This document shows, in pieces, positions 1 to 9,859 of a stretch of 48,237 nt of DNA. Made by a program: the position numbers and the translations under genes. Numbering within the stretch: position 1 is the first letter of the stretch; each line of letters starts with the position of its first letter. The stretch is from the NCBI GenBank assembly GCA_964588395.1, contig CAZPPF010000004.1, forward strand, positions 1 to 48,237, given 5' to 3'. A model generated the notes under the pieces. It saw only the letters and a list, made by a program, of their open reading frames with translations, was not told the DNA's origin and did no database searches. This DNA is from an uncultured Candidatus Saccharibacteria bacterium. Its GTDB lineage: Bacteria > Patescibacteriota > Saccharimonadia > Saccharimonadales > CAZPPF01.

Positions 1-411
1 TGGTGGAGCTGCCGAGTACTGCCCTCGGGTCCGCTAGTTTATCTTGGTTAATCGTCTACAGGTTTATTCCGCTTGAGTTGTCTTAGGCATGTAACCGGTA
101 AACGGACAAAAAGTTACATGCAGCAGTCCTAAAGTCTTAACAAAATCTATGGATAGTAGATTTTGCGCATCCAGAAAATATGACGTGCACTGACACTATC
201 TGAAGTCATGCTAGGCACGGTTCAAGTCGTAACTTAAACTGTTGCGTAAGCTGGCATAGCGAAAGCAGTTGCAACAAAGTTACGTGCACTTTCGAAAGCT
301 GAAGCTACGCGATCAGATAATTTTGCAATTAGTCTGGTTTGTCTATAACGCTGACAAGCGACCTGCTGATTTAACCGATAAAGTCCAACGTCGAGCTTAA
401 AATTCAGCCCC
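1..411 (-). ncRNA. ssrA: tmRNA (one-piece)
   Basis: Minus strand begins GGGGCTG (411) and ends CAGCTCCACCA (1), forming an Ala-type acceptor stem with G3.U. T-arm is CCGAG-GGCAGTA-CTCGG. Internal tag frame 326->234 reads AKLSDRVASAFESARNFVATAFAMPAYATV*. TATAAT at 422-427 lies upstream. Confidence 0.95.
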
Positions 412-447
412 GTAATGAAGTATTATACCCTAACGTAAGCGTTTTGT

Positions 448-1755
448 CTAGTGAGTGGCCGTGGCCAATTCGTCTGTTTCTTCTTGGTGAAGCACGTGGC
501 TGGATGGGTGATAGAACATATTGAAGAAAACACCAGCCGTAAACACTATCGAACCAGCTACGATAATTGGCATATTAACTCCTAGGGTCGCTATATAACC
601 GGCAATGATAGCCGGGATAGATTGGGCCAATGCCTGCACACTAGCCTCAATACCGAGTACCTCGCCCTGAATGTCCTTACCGGCCGACAAACTGACTAAG
701 GTTGTAGCGTTCGCAATGGTCAACCCCACAAAAATTGGCATGAAAATCGTGATCAGCAAAAGCTGCGTGGTGTTCGTAGCCAGTAGTTGCAGGAATAGTG
801 CGGCACTTAAACCCAAGAAGCTCACACGCAATATCTGGTGATTCTTGAAACGCTTGGCCAATAGAGGTACCAAAATTGCCTGGACCAAAACCATGATGAT
901 TCCAAAATAGGCAAAATAATCACCTATGTTGCTTGGGGTAAAGTGGAGTTTTTCAATCAATCGGATCTGGAAAAAGGTGGTAAAGAATGCAAACCCTGCC
1001 CAAAATAAAAACTCTGAACCAAAAATGACCCTCAGGCCGGGTGCCGCGGCGGCTTTACGAATATTCTCTAACGATTTCGTCCAAACAATCTTAGCGGCTC
1101 GCTGGATACGCTGGTTAGTCTCTGGCAAGATGAACAGAACGAGCAGCACATTGATCGCACTCAAGATGGCCGTGAACCAAAACGGTGTGGCGGTGTTAAA
1201 CCAGTGTGGTGTGTTAAACAAACCGTAAAAACTAAGGTTCGGACTAGCTAAACGTGCCCCAATATATGGCCCAATCACAAAGCCAAATCCAAAGGCAGCA
1301 CCCATCAAACCAAAGTTGCGGGTACGATGTTCTGGTGGTGTGGTATCAGCAATAACCGCACGAGCCACACTAATGTTTCCACCGGTTATACCATCAAAGG
1401 CTCGGGCAAAGAACAACAGCGGTATACTCTTGGTCAAAATAGCAATGGCAAACAAAATATACCCAACCGATGTACCAGCTAAACTGAAGCCCAGGATAGG
1501 TTTACGACCAAAGCGGTCAGATAGCTGACCCAAAATTGGAGTAGCCAAAAACTGCATAAGCGGATAAATACCGACTAGCCAACCAAGCATAATCAGCGAG
1601 CCGTTCATCGAGAACCCAGCGGGTTCAAAAATCTTAAAGATAAGTTGCGGCAATACAGGAAGCAAAATTCCTACACCCAATACGTCTAGAAAGACCGTAA
1701 ATAGAACAATTGGTAGGGCACGTCCTTCAAAGCGGCTTGAATCGTTTTTAGCCAT
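448..1755 (-). CDS. MFS transporter, TetA/DHA1-like efflux family
   Basis: About 12 hydrophobic segments; motif A (GQLSDRFGRKP) and motif C-like (GFGFVIGPYIG). Confidence 0.9.
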   Translation of the reverse strand: MAKNDSSRFEGRALPIVLFTVFLDVLGVGILLPVLPQLIFKIFEPAGFSMNGSLIMLGWLVGIYPLMQFLATPILGQLSDRFGRKPILGFSLAGTSVGYILFAIAILTKSIPLLFFARAFDGITGGNISVARAVIADTTPPEHRTRNFGLMGAAFGFGFVIGPYIGARLASPNLSFYGLFNTPHWFNTATPFWFTAILSAINVLLVLFILPETNQRIQRAAKIVWTKSLENIRKAAAAPGLRVIFGSEFLFWAGFAFFTTFFQIRLIEKLHFTPSNIGDYFAYFGIIMVLVQAILVPLLAKRFKNHQILRVSFLGLSAALFLQLLATNTTQLLLITIFMPIFVGLTIANATTLVSLSAGKDIQGEVLGIEASVQALAQSIPAIIAGYIATLGVNMPIIVAGSIVFTAGVFFNMFYHPSSHVLHQEETDELATATH

Positions 1756-1766
1756 AAATCTCCTTC

Positions 1767-2231
1767 TTATTTATGTGGTTTGTGTAAAAAATTGTTTGGT
1801 TTTTCGGTCATACAGGCGTAGTCATACAAAGTCGTAAGACTTTCCAGCAGTTCGGTTTGTTTTTTATCGCTGAGGTTAGCAAACATGGGCGCATGATAAT
1901 CGTTAAGGACTTCTAGTGCCTTATCGCTAATACGTTGGCCCTTGGTAGTCGGCTGTGTAATGTGCTCTCGGCGATTCTGCGGACTTATTTCGGTGGTCAG
2001 TAAACCCTTGTCTTTCAAGAGTTTAATCTGACGGCTAATGCTAGCCTCGGTCTGCCCCAAATTATCAGCAATCTGTCGCTGCTGAACGTTGGGATGCCAA
2101 CCCAGCACCATCAAAATTTTAAATTGCGAGAGTCCAATTCCGAGTTGTTCCTGTAATACTTGGTCGGATTGGCGGGCCAAACAAAAGGATAGGCGTTGGA
2201 TCAAGTAACCTATGTTGTTTGTCGGCCTCAT
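1767..2231 (-). CDS. MarR family transcriptional regulator
   Basis: 154 aa winged-HTH pattern (QRQIADNLGQTEASISRQIKLLKDKGLL...NRREH...TTKG), directly upstream of an MFS pump. Confidence 0.9.
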   Translation of the reverse strand: MRPTNNIGYLIQRLSFCLARQSDQVLQEQLGIGLSQFKILMVLGWHPNVQQRQIADNLGQTEASISRQIKLLKDKGLLTTEISPQNRREHITQPTTKGQRISDKALEVLNDYHAPMFANLSDKKQTELLESLTTLYDYACMTEKPNNFLHKPHK

Positions 2232-2250
2232 TAATGCTCCTAGTACTTCA

Positions 2251-2279
2251 ATTGTAAAGCTAGATACTTAACACGTCAA
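2251..2279 (-). promoter_or_regulatory. sigma70-type promoter for marR-MFS
   Basis: TTGACG (2279-2274), 17 nt spacer, TACAAT (2256-2251). Confidence 0.7.
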
Positions 2280-3073
2280 GTGTTTATATCGGCCTTGTAA
2301 ATGGCATACCAGTCATCAAGGGAGAGCTCTTGAGCGCGAGCATCAAGCGAAATGCCGGCTCGGGTAAGAAGCTGTTCTACCTGATCTTTGCTAATGCGTA
2401 ATCCCCCGCTTAGGCTACTACGCAGTTTTTTGCGACGTTCACTAAAGCCGGCTTTGACCAAACGGAAAAACTGCTTGATATCAACATCTTTAAAAAGTGG
2501 TCCATGGTGACTCAAGATAAGTACTTGGGAGTCCACTTTTGGCGGCGGTGTAAATTTGCTGGCATCAACTACCTGGCCAAGACTAGCTGTGGCAAAAAAC
2601 TGTACGCTCACACTTAGCACACTCATGTCTCCAGGACCGGCTACCACCCGTTCGGCTACTTCTTTTTGTACCAGGAATGCGGCTTGATTAAAGGGATTGT
2701 CTGCCTGGCACACAACTCTCAGCAAATTACTGGTCAGGTAGTACGGAATATTAGCTACAATTTTGTAGCCTTTTGGCAATTGACTGAGGTCAAACTGCAA
2801 AATATCCGCTTGAATTATCTCAATTTTGTCTTGATACTGGGGTAATAGTGCATAGATGCCCCTAAGCTGTGTAGCCAACGCCTCGTCTAGCTCAACTGCA
2901 TATACCATTTTGGCCCGACGAACCAGCAGCTGGGTAAGCGTACCGAGTCCTGGCCCGATTTCAAGCACGGTATCTTCTGGACCAATTTTTGCTGCATCTG
3001 CGATAGCATCAAGCGTATCGGCATCTTTGAGCCAATGCTGCCCTAATGATTTCTTTGGTATTTGCTCATCCAT
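2276..3073 (-). CDS. rsmA: 16S rRNA m6,2A dimethyltransferase RsmA/KsgA
   Basis: KKSLGQHWL, VLEIGPGLG, ANIPYY, QKEVAERV, PPPKVDS motifs. Confidence 0.96.
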   Translation of the reverse strand: MDEQIPKKSLGQHWLKDADTLDAIADAAKIGPEDTVLEIGPGLGTLTQLLVRRAKMVYAVELDEALATQLRGIYALLPQYQDKIEIIQADILQFDLSQLPKGYKIVANIPYYLTSNLLRVVCQADNPFNQAAFLVQKEVAERVVAGPGDMSVLSVSVQFFATASLGQVVDASKFTPPPKVDSQVLILSHHGPLFKDVDIKQFFRLVKAGFSERRKKLRSSLSGGLRISKDQVEQLLTRAGISLDARAQELSLDDWYAIYKADINT

Positions 3074-3456
3074 TATGCAGTGTTTTTATGTTTTCGTTCA
3101 GCTAATTTTTTCGTAAGAAAGAAAATAGGTGTAAGTATGACGACTTGTAGTGCCCAGTTTATATACTGTATCCACCAAATGACTGACGCGTCCTGGCCGC
3201 ACGCATCATATAAATTTATACTAAACGGAAACCCCAGCGAGGTGTAGGAGACCAAGGTACATGCACATACATCTTTACCAGAGGCTGAAAGTTCATCACT
3301 AACCGGAAGATTATTGACAGGAATGTTGCAGTCGGAAAAGCCTTTTTGCGCACCTGGAAACGAAACACGGATGTGATTTACACCCAGTGACAAGTATTGG
3401 AAGAATATAAACAATACAATAACCGTTAACCAAGGAACAAACTTATAGAACTTCAT
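3073..3456 (-). CDS. hypothetical membrane protein (2 TM, Cys-containing loop)
   Basis: 127 aa ORF with hydrophobic termini; stop overlaps the rsmA start (TAATG); TATAGT a few nt upstream of the ATG. Confidence 0.6.
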   Translation of the reverse strand: MKFYKFVPWLTVIVLFIFFQYLSLGVNHIRVSFPGAQKGFSDCNIPVNNLPVSDELSASGKDVCACTLVSYTSLGFPFSINLYDACGQDASVIWWIQYINWALQVVILTPIFFLTKKLAERKHKNTA

Positions 3457-3493
3457 TCCCTAACTATAGCAAAACAGTATCTAAAGATTCTTT

Positions 3494-4756
3494 TTACCAA
3501 TTATGATGTGCTTGCCAGTAATTGTAGGCAGCGCCCCAGCTACCAAAGCGCGCATTGGCGTAGCTGGTTGCCCAACGTAGCTGCGTGACTGGATTGGATG
3601 TCCAATCAGACCCAAAGGGAGCCATTTTGGAACCCGGTGTGGCCTGGCCCAAGCCGTAGCCAAGTCCAGATGGAATCGAGGATGGTGGATAGGCTGGGCA
3701 GTAACCAATCTGGCCCTGCAACTTGGTTGGGCACCAACCAGATTCGTGACTAATGATGTAGTTTACATAGGCATAATCTGAGCTCTTGATACCGGCTGCT
3801 GCCATAATGCCGCTCTTGTCATCCGGAATAGAGACTGCCTTGCCACGAGCAATAACCTGCGCGACCGGTGCAATCACTGTGACATCTTGAATGACATGAC
3901 GGGCGACTTCTTTGCCGTTCTGTGTTTCGATCTGATAGGTTACAAGCTTTTTACCCGCAACACCGTTTTGACGCACCACAGTGGTACCAAATGATAGGCT
4001 GGCATCTTCGATGGTTTCGGTCGGTGCGGCAATGGCTTCCTCGGATGTGGCAATCTGGCTGCCAGCTCGAATCACAAACATCTGCATGTTGGCCGTTACT
4101 GGTGTATTAACAGCCGGCTGAACTTGGTCATCTTTGGCAAGCTGAACATTCTTTTCTTTCAAGACATCACCAACTGTTTTGGAATGAGTTCGAATGGTTA
4201 CTGGTGTGCCATACAAGTTGAGGTTAGCCGGAACTGCTCGGTTGATAACAACCTTTTCACCAATGCCATCTTTGAGAACATCCTGCACGGGCTGGTGAGA
4301 AATATCATCTTCTGGATAGACCGTAAGTCCAGCTTCCGTCGCTGCATTGCGAGCAGTTTGACCAGCGTTAAAGGCGTGAGTAATTTGCGTGCCATCAATA
4401 ATAGTTACCGGGCGAGCTCGATACACATTGACGCGGAAATTATCTTCTACAATTGGGGTGTCTACATCTGGTTCAACCACATCACCCTTATCCAGGTGTA
4501 CACCTAGCTTGTCGAGGAGATCGCCTACTTTAACAGCTCGGGTTGGAACCGTTTCTTGTTTGTTGTCATGCGTAACAATTACGACATGATTGTCGCTGGC
4601 ACCCACGGTTTGGCCACCTAATGACACTAGAATCACAGCCGTGGCGATAAAAAGAATCAAAAAAGTTGTAACCGGTATAAAAAATGGGTGGCCTTTGAGA
4701 GTAAAGAACCATTGGTGGTGCTTTTTGAGATGCTTGTGAAAACGTTTCAATGGCAT
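3494..4756 (-). CDS. RpfB/YabE-like cell wall protein: TM, DUF348 repeats, G5 domain, C-terminal lytic transglycosylase-like domain
   Basis: TRAVKVGDLL and THSKTVGDVL repeats; G5-like VRQNGVAGKK; C-terminal IISHESGW...GLGQA...NPVTQLRW...Y...RFGSW. Upstream of rsmA as in the usual rpfB/yabE-ksgA synteny. Confidence 0.85.
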   Translation of the reverse strand: MPLKRFHKHLKKHHQWFFTLKGHPFFIPVTTFLILFIATAVILVSLGGQTVGASDNHVVIVTHDNKQETVPTRAVKVGDLLDKLGVHLDKGDVVEPDVDTPIVEDNFRVNVYRARPVTIIDGTQITHAFNAGQTARNAATEAGLTVYPEDDISHQPVQDVLKDGIGEKVVINRAVPANLNLYGTPVTIRTHSKTVGDVLKEKNVQLAKDDQVQPAVNTPVTANMQMFVIRAGSQIATSEEAIAAPTETIEDASLSFGTTVVRQNGVAGKKLVTYQIETQNGKEVARHVIQDVTVIAPVAQVIARGKAVSIPDDKSGIMAAAGIKSSDYAYVNYIISHESGWCPTKLQGQIGYCPAYPPSSIPSGLGYGLGQATPGSKMAPFGSDWTSNPVTQLRWATSYANARFGSWGAAYNYWQAHHNW

Positions 4757-4829
4757 AAGTCGTTGGTTGCTCCGAGAGACCAGATTAGTAGTTTAACAGA
4801 TTGGATGCGTACTGTCCAAAGCAGGCCGG

Positions 4830-6980
4830 CTACAACTTTTCGAGTGGTGCAAAGGCAATGTTGAGCTTTTTGGCACCTTTGCCTTTGAAATAAATCACCG
4901 CTTCATCACCCGCCAGTTCCATTACAGTACCGTCACCAAACAAACGATGCCGGACAGCGTCGCCCTCATTTAGTTCAGGAATATATTTTGGTTCGTTCGA
5001 AACACTTGGTTGGTTCCAGATATCGGTCTGAGTGTCGGTGCTTGTTTCGGGATAGGGGTTGGACTGGGACAAGTCTTCAATTTCGGACAAAAAACGACTG
5101 GGAGGATTATGCTGCATGCCGCCATAGAGTAAGCGGGCGCTGGCGTACATCAGGTACAGCTCTTCCTTGGCGCGAGTCATACCCACGTAACAGAGCCTGC
5201 GTTCTTCTTCCATTTCGGACTGATCATACAACGCCCGCGAATGCGGAAAAATGCTTTCTTCCATACCCGCCATAAATACCACTGGAAACTCCAGGCCTTT
5301 GGCGGCATGCAGCGTCATCAATGTAACCGCATTATTATTAAAATCTGCTTTATCCAGGTCACTTACTAGGGATATTTCTTCCAGAAAACCATCTAGACCG
5401 AGGTCGCTATATTCTTGGGCTACACTGCATAGTTCTTTCACGTTTTCTTTGCGGGACTCGCCTTGCGGACCACCATCGTCTAGGTAGTCATAGTAGTTAA
5501 TGCGCCGGATCAACGAATCGAGCAGTGCCGCCACAGGCGCATCTTGCATGACTTCGCGCAGACTAGCTAAGATGTCACCCAGCTCGCTGAAAGCTTGGCG
5601 AGCCTTAGGAGTAAGTTCATCAATTTCACTGGCTCGTTCTAGCGCCTGTTGCAGTCCAAAACCGTGACGGCGCTGCCAGGCACTAAAGCCTTGTAATGAT
5701 TTAATTCCAATGCCACGAGTTGGTACATTCACAATCCGCTCAAAGCTCACCGTATCTTCTGGCTGATAAATAATTCTGAGGTACGCTAGGATGTCTTTGA
5801 TTTCTTTACGATCGTAGAAGCGCACACCGCCAACGATTCGATACGGCACGCCGTAGCGCACAAAGCTTTCTTCTAAGCTTCGGCTTTGAGCATTAGTTCG
5901 GTATAAAACCGCAAAATGGGTGTAGGTCCTGAGTCCGGCATCGACCGTGTTTTGCACGCGGCGAATTACGGCTTCGGCCTCGGCTCGCTCACTGCCTACC
6001 TGCACTAATTGCACCGGTGAACCATGTCCTGCGGCTGTCCAAAGTTTCTTGTCGGAACGCTGCAGATTTTTGCTAATCACCGCATGAGCCGCATCCAAAA
6101 TAGCTTTGGTACTACGGTAGTTTTGCTCCAGCTTAATGACGGTGCATTTGGGATAATCTTTCTCAAAGTTCAAAATGTTACGAAAATCCGCGCCGCGCCA
6201 CGAATATATAGACTGCCAGTCGTCACCTACTACGGCAATATTATTGTGATCGTTCGTGAGGAGCTTAATCAGGCGATACTGTGCAGCATTGGTGTCTTGA
6301 TACTCGTCAATCATGACGTACTTAAACTGCTCACGCCACTTGTCACGAATTGCCGGCTGCGTTTCCAGCAGTTTAACGGTTTTGCCTATCAGGTCATCAA
6401 AATCCAGTGCTTTGGCATCTCGCAGAATTTGTTCATACACCGGGAAAACTTGTGCAGTGGCTCGCTCAGCTGGGCTGTTTTGATGGTTGGCATACTCATT
6501 TGGACCAATCAATTCGTTTTTGGCACTGCTAATCAGGCTGCTAAGCAGCCTCGGTGGAAAGCTTTTTTCATCTATCATGAGCTGTTTGGAAGCTTGCTTG
6601 ATAGCCGCTTGCTGATCGCTGTCGTCAAAAATTACAAAGCTACGTGGCAAACCCAGGTGCTCGCCATCTTGGCGCAAAATCCGCACGCAAATACTATGAA
6701 AGGTGCCCATAAACGGCATGAAAGCCCGGTTCTCGGCACTTTCACCGAGTAGTCTTGCGATTCGCTCACGCATTTCTCGGGCTGCTTTGTTGGTAAAGGT
6801 TACCGACAAAATATTTGGTGGCGTAGCCTTTTGGCTGGCAATAATGTAAGCAATACGGTGCGTCAGCGTTTTGGTCTTGCCAGAACCAGCGCCGGCTTGA
6901 ATAAGTAACGGCCCTTCGGTGGTTTTAACCGCCCGTAGTTGTTCTGGATTTAAACCAACTAAAATATCCTCTGTCACCAA
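4830..6980 (-). CDS. pcrA: ATP-dependent DNA helicase PcrA/UvrD
   Basis: AGAGSGKT, TFTNKAA, DEYQDTN, VGDDWQSIYSWRGA, LEQNYRST, TLHAAKGLEF, EERRLCYVGMTRA. Start is TTG 6980 or GTG 6977. Confidence 0.96.
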   Translation of the reverse strand: MVTEDILVGLNPEQLRAVKTTEGPLLIQAGAGSGKTKTLTHRIAYIIASQKATPPNILSVTFTNKAAREMRERIARLLGESAENRAFMPFMGTFHSICVRILRQDGEHLGLPRSFVIFDDSDQQAAIKQASKQLMIDEKSFPPRLLSSLISSAKNELIGPNEYANHQNSPAERATAQVFPVYEQILRDAKALDFDDLIGKTVKLLETQPAIRDKWREQFKYVMIDEYQDTNAAQYRLIKLLTNDHNNIAVVGDDWQSIYSWRGADFRNILNFEKDYPKCTVIKLEQNYRSTKAILDAAHAVISKNLQRSDKKLWTAAGHGSPVQLVQVGSERAEAEAVIRRVQNTVDAGLRTYTHFAVLYRTNAQSRSLEESFVRYGVPYRIVGGVRFYDRKEIKDILAYLRIIYQPEDTVSFERIVNVPTRGIGIKSLQGFSAWQRRHGFGLQQALERASEIDELTPKARQAFSELGDILASLREVMQDAPVAALLDSLIRRINYYDYLDDGGPQGESRKENVKELCSVAQEYSDLGLDGFLEEISLVSDLDKADFNNNAVTLMTLHAAKGLEFPVVFMAGMEESIFPHSRALYDQSEMEEERRLCYVGMTRAKEELYLMYASARLLYGGMQHNPPSRFLSEIEDLSQSNPYPETSTDTQTDIWNQPSVSNEPKYIPELNEGDAVRHRLFGDGTVMELAGDEAVIYFKGKGAKKLNIAFAPLEKL

Positions 6981-7006
6981 TATAGTTTAGCAACTCTCAG
7001 GCCTAC

Positions 7007-7729
7007 CTACTTAATAAACTCTATTGGCAATTTAATAGATGTCTTGATAATTTCTGCATCGATTGCCAGATACAGAAGTGCAGCAGCTACGATTAGGAGC
7101 AGTATCAACACTCCGAGCGACATATTACGTTTTCGTTTGGCTTCCCCAATGGGCAAGTTGTAGGTTTTGTCAGTAACTAATTTTTCAACCGCCTCCATTT
7201 TTGCAACGGCTTCTTTGTCTTCTTTCTCGGTCGTCTTATTTACGGCTTGTGCGGCTACGGCGTTGGTAACGGCTTCGTCGGATTCAGAAGACTCAGATTT
7301 TGAAGCCGGCTTAGTTTCGGCTTCGTCCTTGGATTCTTCAGGCGGTTCTGATGGCTCGTCGGTTTTTTCGGGTTCATCTTTAGGCTCATCGGTTTGCACA
7401 ACCACCGCGGGGTTAGCGATTTTGGCGGGTTTAGCCTCAACTTCAGGTTCTGGTTCGACAGGTTTTTCTGCTTTGGTGGATTCTGGCGTATCAGTTTTGA
7501 CCTCCACTGCTGTGGATTTCGAACCGCTGATTGGCTTAATTGTCGGGGCAGTTGTTGAAACAATGACATTTTCTTCTTTACTTTCGTCTGTTTCGGCAGA
7601 CTTGACCATCGGATCTTGCAGAATTGTCCGATGTCCCACAATCACCGGTCGTGAGCTGGCATCTGGTGCCGATGCGCCTGGCTTGGATACATCCATAACT
7701 TTGTCGTCTTTTTTAGCTGTCTTCGCCAT
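7007..7729 (-). CDS. hypothetical low-complexity acidic protein with C-terminal membrane anchor
   Basis: E/K/P/S/T-rich body, then KRKRN and a hydrophobic helix; start overlaps the tpiA 3' end. Confidence 0.7.
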   Translation of the reverse strand: MAKTAKKDDKVMDVSKPGASAPDASSRPVIVGHRTILQDPMVKSAETDESKEENVIVSTTAPTIKPISGSKSTAVEVKTDTPESTKAEKPVEPEPEVEAKPAKIANPAVVVQTDEPKDEPEKTDEPSEPPEESKDEAETKPASKSESSESDEAVTNAVAAQAVNKTTEKEDKEAVAKMEAVEKLVTDKTYNLPIGEAKRKRNMSLGVLILLLIVAAALLYLAIDAEIIKTSIKLPIEFIK

Positions 7730-8516
7730 CAGATTCCTTTTCTGGAGCGTGCTTTACAGCGTAGGCTTTTTCAACAATGCCGCTAAATTTATGATAATTC
7801 AAGCTGGCACCACCTACCAAAACACCATCGCACCCTTCAATCTCTAGATAACCACCCACAATTTGATCATCCACGCTACCACCATACAAAACGCGGATTT
7901 TTTTGGCAGCTCTCGAGCCATAGAGATCTTCGACTTGCTTGCGAATAAAAACTAAGGCCTGTTTGACCTCGTCTGGTTTGGCCAAAATACCACTAAAGGT
8001 ACTGATAGCCCAGACGGGTTCATAGGCAATCACCACCTCGCTCACTTCTTGGTCAGTCAAATTGCTTAGTGCACTCATAATTTGGTCATGCAAAACTTGT
8101 TTGGTTTCGCCTGCCCGGCGTTCCACTTGTGTTTCGCCGACGCACAAAATTGGTGTGATCTCGTTTCGAATAGCGGCAGCTACTTTGTCTCGCACCATGT
8201 CTAGGTCTTCGTGGAAGTAAAGACGCCGCTCAGAATGTCCCACAATCACGTAGTGCACCAAATCTCGCAGCATCGTAAAGCTCACCTCGCCCGTAAACGC
8301 TCCTTCGTCCTTCAAATAGGCATTCTGAGCGGCCAAGCGAAACTTCCGCCGGTCAATCTGTAGGCTTAAAGGCTGCAAAGTCAGTAAGCTGGGTGCCAAC
8401 ACCACTTCGATATCTTGGTGAATCTTAATCCGCTCTTCTAAACGGTGCACCAGCAAACTGGCCTGCGAGGTATCGAGGTTCATCTTCCAGTTGCCGACAA
8501 TCAGGGTTCTTTTCAT
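7713..8516 (-). CDS. tpiA: triosephosphate isomerase
   Basis: GNWKMN, GHSERR, AYEPVWAI, YGGSV, LVGGASL. Confidence 0.97.
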   Translation of the reverse strand: MKRTLIVGNWKMNLDTSQASLLVHRLEERIKIHQDIEVVLAPSLLTLQPLSLQIDRRKFRLAAQNAYLKDEGAFTGEVSFTMLRDLVHYVIVGHSERRLYFHEDLDMVRDKVAAAIRNEITPILCVGETQVERRAGETKQVLHDQIMSALSNLTDQEVSEVVIAYEPVWAISTFSGILAKPDEVKQALVFIRKQVEDLYGSRAAKKIRVLYGGSVDDQIVGGYLEIEGCDGVLVGGASLNYHKFSGIVEKAYAVKHAPEKESDGEDS

Positions 8517-8544
8517 GGTTATAACGCTTTTGCTTATTGTATCA

Positions 8545-9831
8545 CTACTTATCCTCTAGAGCCTCCACCCCGGGTAACTTCTTGCCACTCATAAGCTCCA
8601 AGCTAGCACCTCCCCCTGTGGAAACATGATCAAACAATTCCATTTGCCCCTGACTTTCCACAAATCCTACCGTATCGCCACCACCTACCAAACTGTATGG
8701 TCGATGACCAAATTGACCAAGTATCGCTTCTATAATTAGCTCCGTGCCTTGTGTGAATGGACCAACCGGGCCATGCAACGCTGGTGTTTCGGTTACACCC
8801 ATGGTGCCATTCCAGACCACGGTGTTAGCAAGCTGCATACCACCAGCAATAAACGCCCCCGAAAAGGGCCCAATATCGAGCACCATTTCGTCTCCCGCAA
8901 TCACTCCACTCTCGGGTGGTGGCGTTTTTGGATAATTTTCGATCTCGGCAATCACGTGTGCGCTCCAGTCAACAATCCGGGTATGCGCAGTTTTGTCTAT
9001 TTTGCTGGCCACCACGCCATCTTGTGGAATATAAAAGATAAAACGTTCTTTTTTAGCCTTAGACCGGGCCTTTTCGATAATTTCCTCAGCCAGCGGCACA
9101 TCGGCTTTCTCTACCAGACTTTTGCCAGTCTTAATGCCTTCGGCCAAGAGAAAGGTGTTGGCCATTGCTCCACCCACCGCCACAAAATCGGCGATATCTA
9201 TAAAACGCTTCAGCACTTCTAATTTGTCAGAGATTTTGGCACCGCCAATTACCGCCATGAGCGGCCGTTTGGGATTGTCCATGACTCCAGTGATAGTACT
9301 GACTTCTTTTTCGAGCAGCAGCCCAGCCACACTCGGCAGAAACTTGGTTATAGCATCGGTGGAGGCATGGGCACGGTGTACCACTCCAAAACCGTCCTGC
9401 ACAAATATTTCAGCCAAGCTAGCCAATTGCTTGGCAAACTCAGAATCGTTTTTTTCCTCCGCTTCGTGATAACGCAAATTTTCAAGCAACAGTACTTGCC
9501 CAGATTTTAGCCCACGCGCAGCCGTTTCGGCCTCCGGCCCGACACAATCCGAAGCAAATGCTACATCTTTATCTAATAATTTCGAAAGACGTTTGGCGAC
9601 AGGCCTCAGGCTCACCGAAGCATCACGTGGGCCACTTGGACGGCCTAAATGGGAGCAAATCACCAATTTACAGTCTTGCCCCAGCAAAAACTCGATGGTT
9701 GGCAGAGACTGTCTGATTCTATAATCATCAGTAATTTTGCCATCCTTAACGGGCACATTGTAATCGGCCCGCAGCAGTACTGTCTTGCCGTGCAGGTCAA
9801 TATCGCGAATTGTTTTTTTGTTGAACCCCAA
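8545..9831 (-). CDS. pgk: phosphoglycerate kinase
   Basis: RADYNVP, SHLGRP, LLENLRY, HRAHAS, GGAKISDK, GGGDT, STGGGASLE; TTG start. Confidence 0.97.
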   Translation of the reverse strand: MGFNKKTIRDIDLHGKTVLLRADYNVPVKDGKITDDYRIRQSLPTIEFLLGQDCKLVICSHLGRPSGPRDASVSLRPVAKRLSKLLDKDVAFASDCVGPEAETAARGLKSGQVLLLENLRYHEAEEKNDSEFAKQLASLAEIFVQDGFGVVHRAHASTDAITKFLPSVAGLLLEKEVSTITGVMDNPKRPLMAVIGGAKISDKLEVLKRFIDIADFVAVGGAMANTFLLAEGIKTGKSLVEKADVPLAEEIIEKARSKAKKERFIFYIPQDGVVASKIDKTAHTRIVDWSAHVIAEIENYPKTPPPESGVIAGDEMVLDIGPFSGAFIAGGMQLANTVVWNGTMGVTETPALHGPVGPFTQGTELIIEAILGQFGHRPYSLVGGGDTVGFVESQGQMELFDHVSTGGGASLELMSGKKLPGVEALEDK

Positions 9832-9859
9832 GGGAATTGCCCACCCTTTCTAGCGAATA

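Noticed and set aside
7167-7847. Plus-strand 226-aa Ser-rich ORF
   Set aside because: Antisense mirror of the low-complexity minus-strand gene that is in operon with tpiA.
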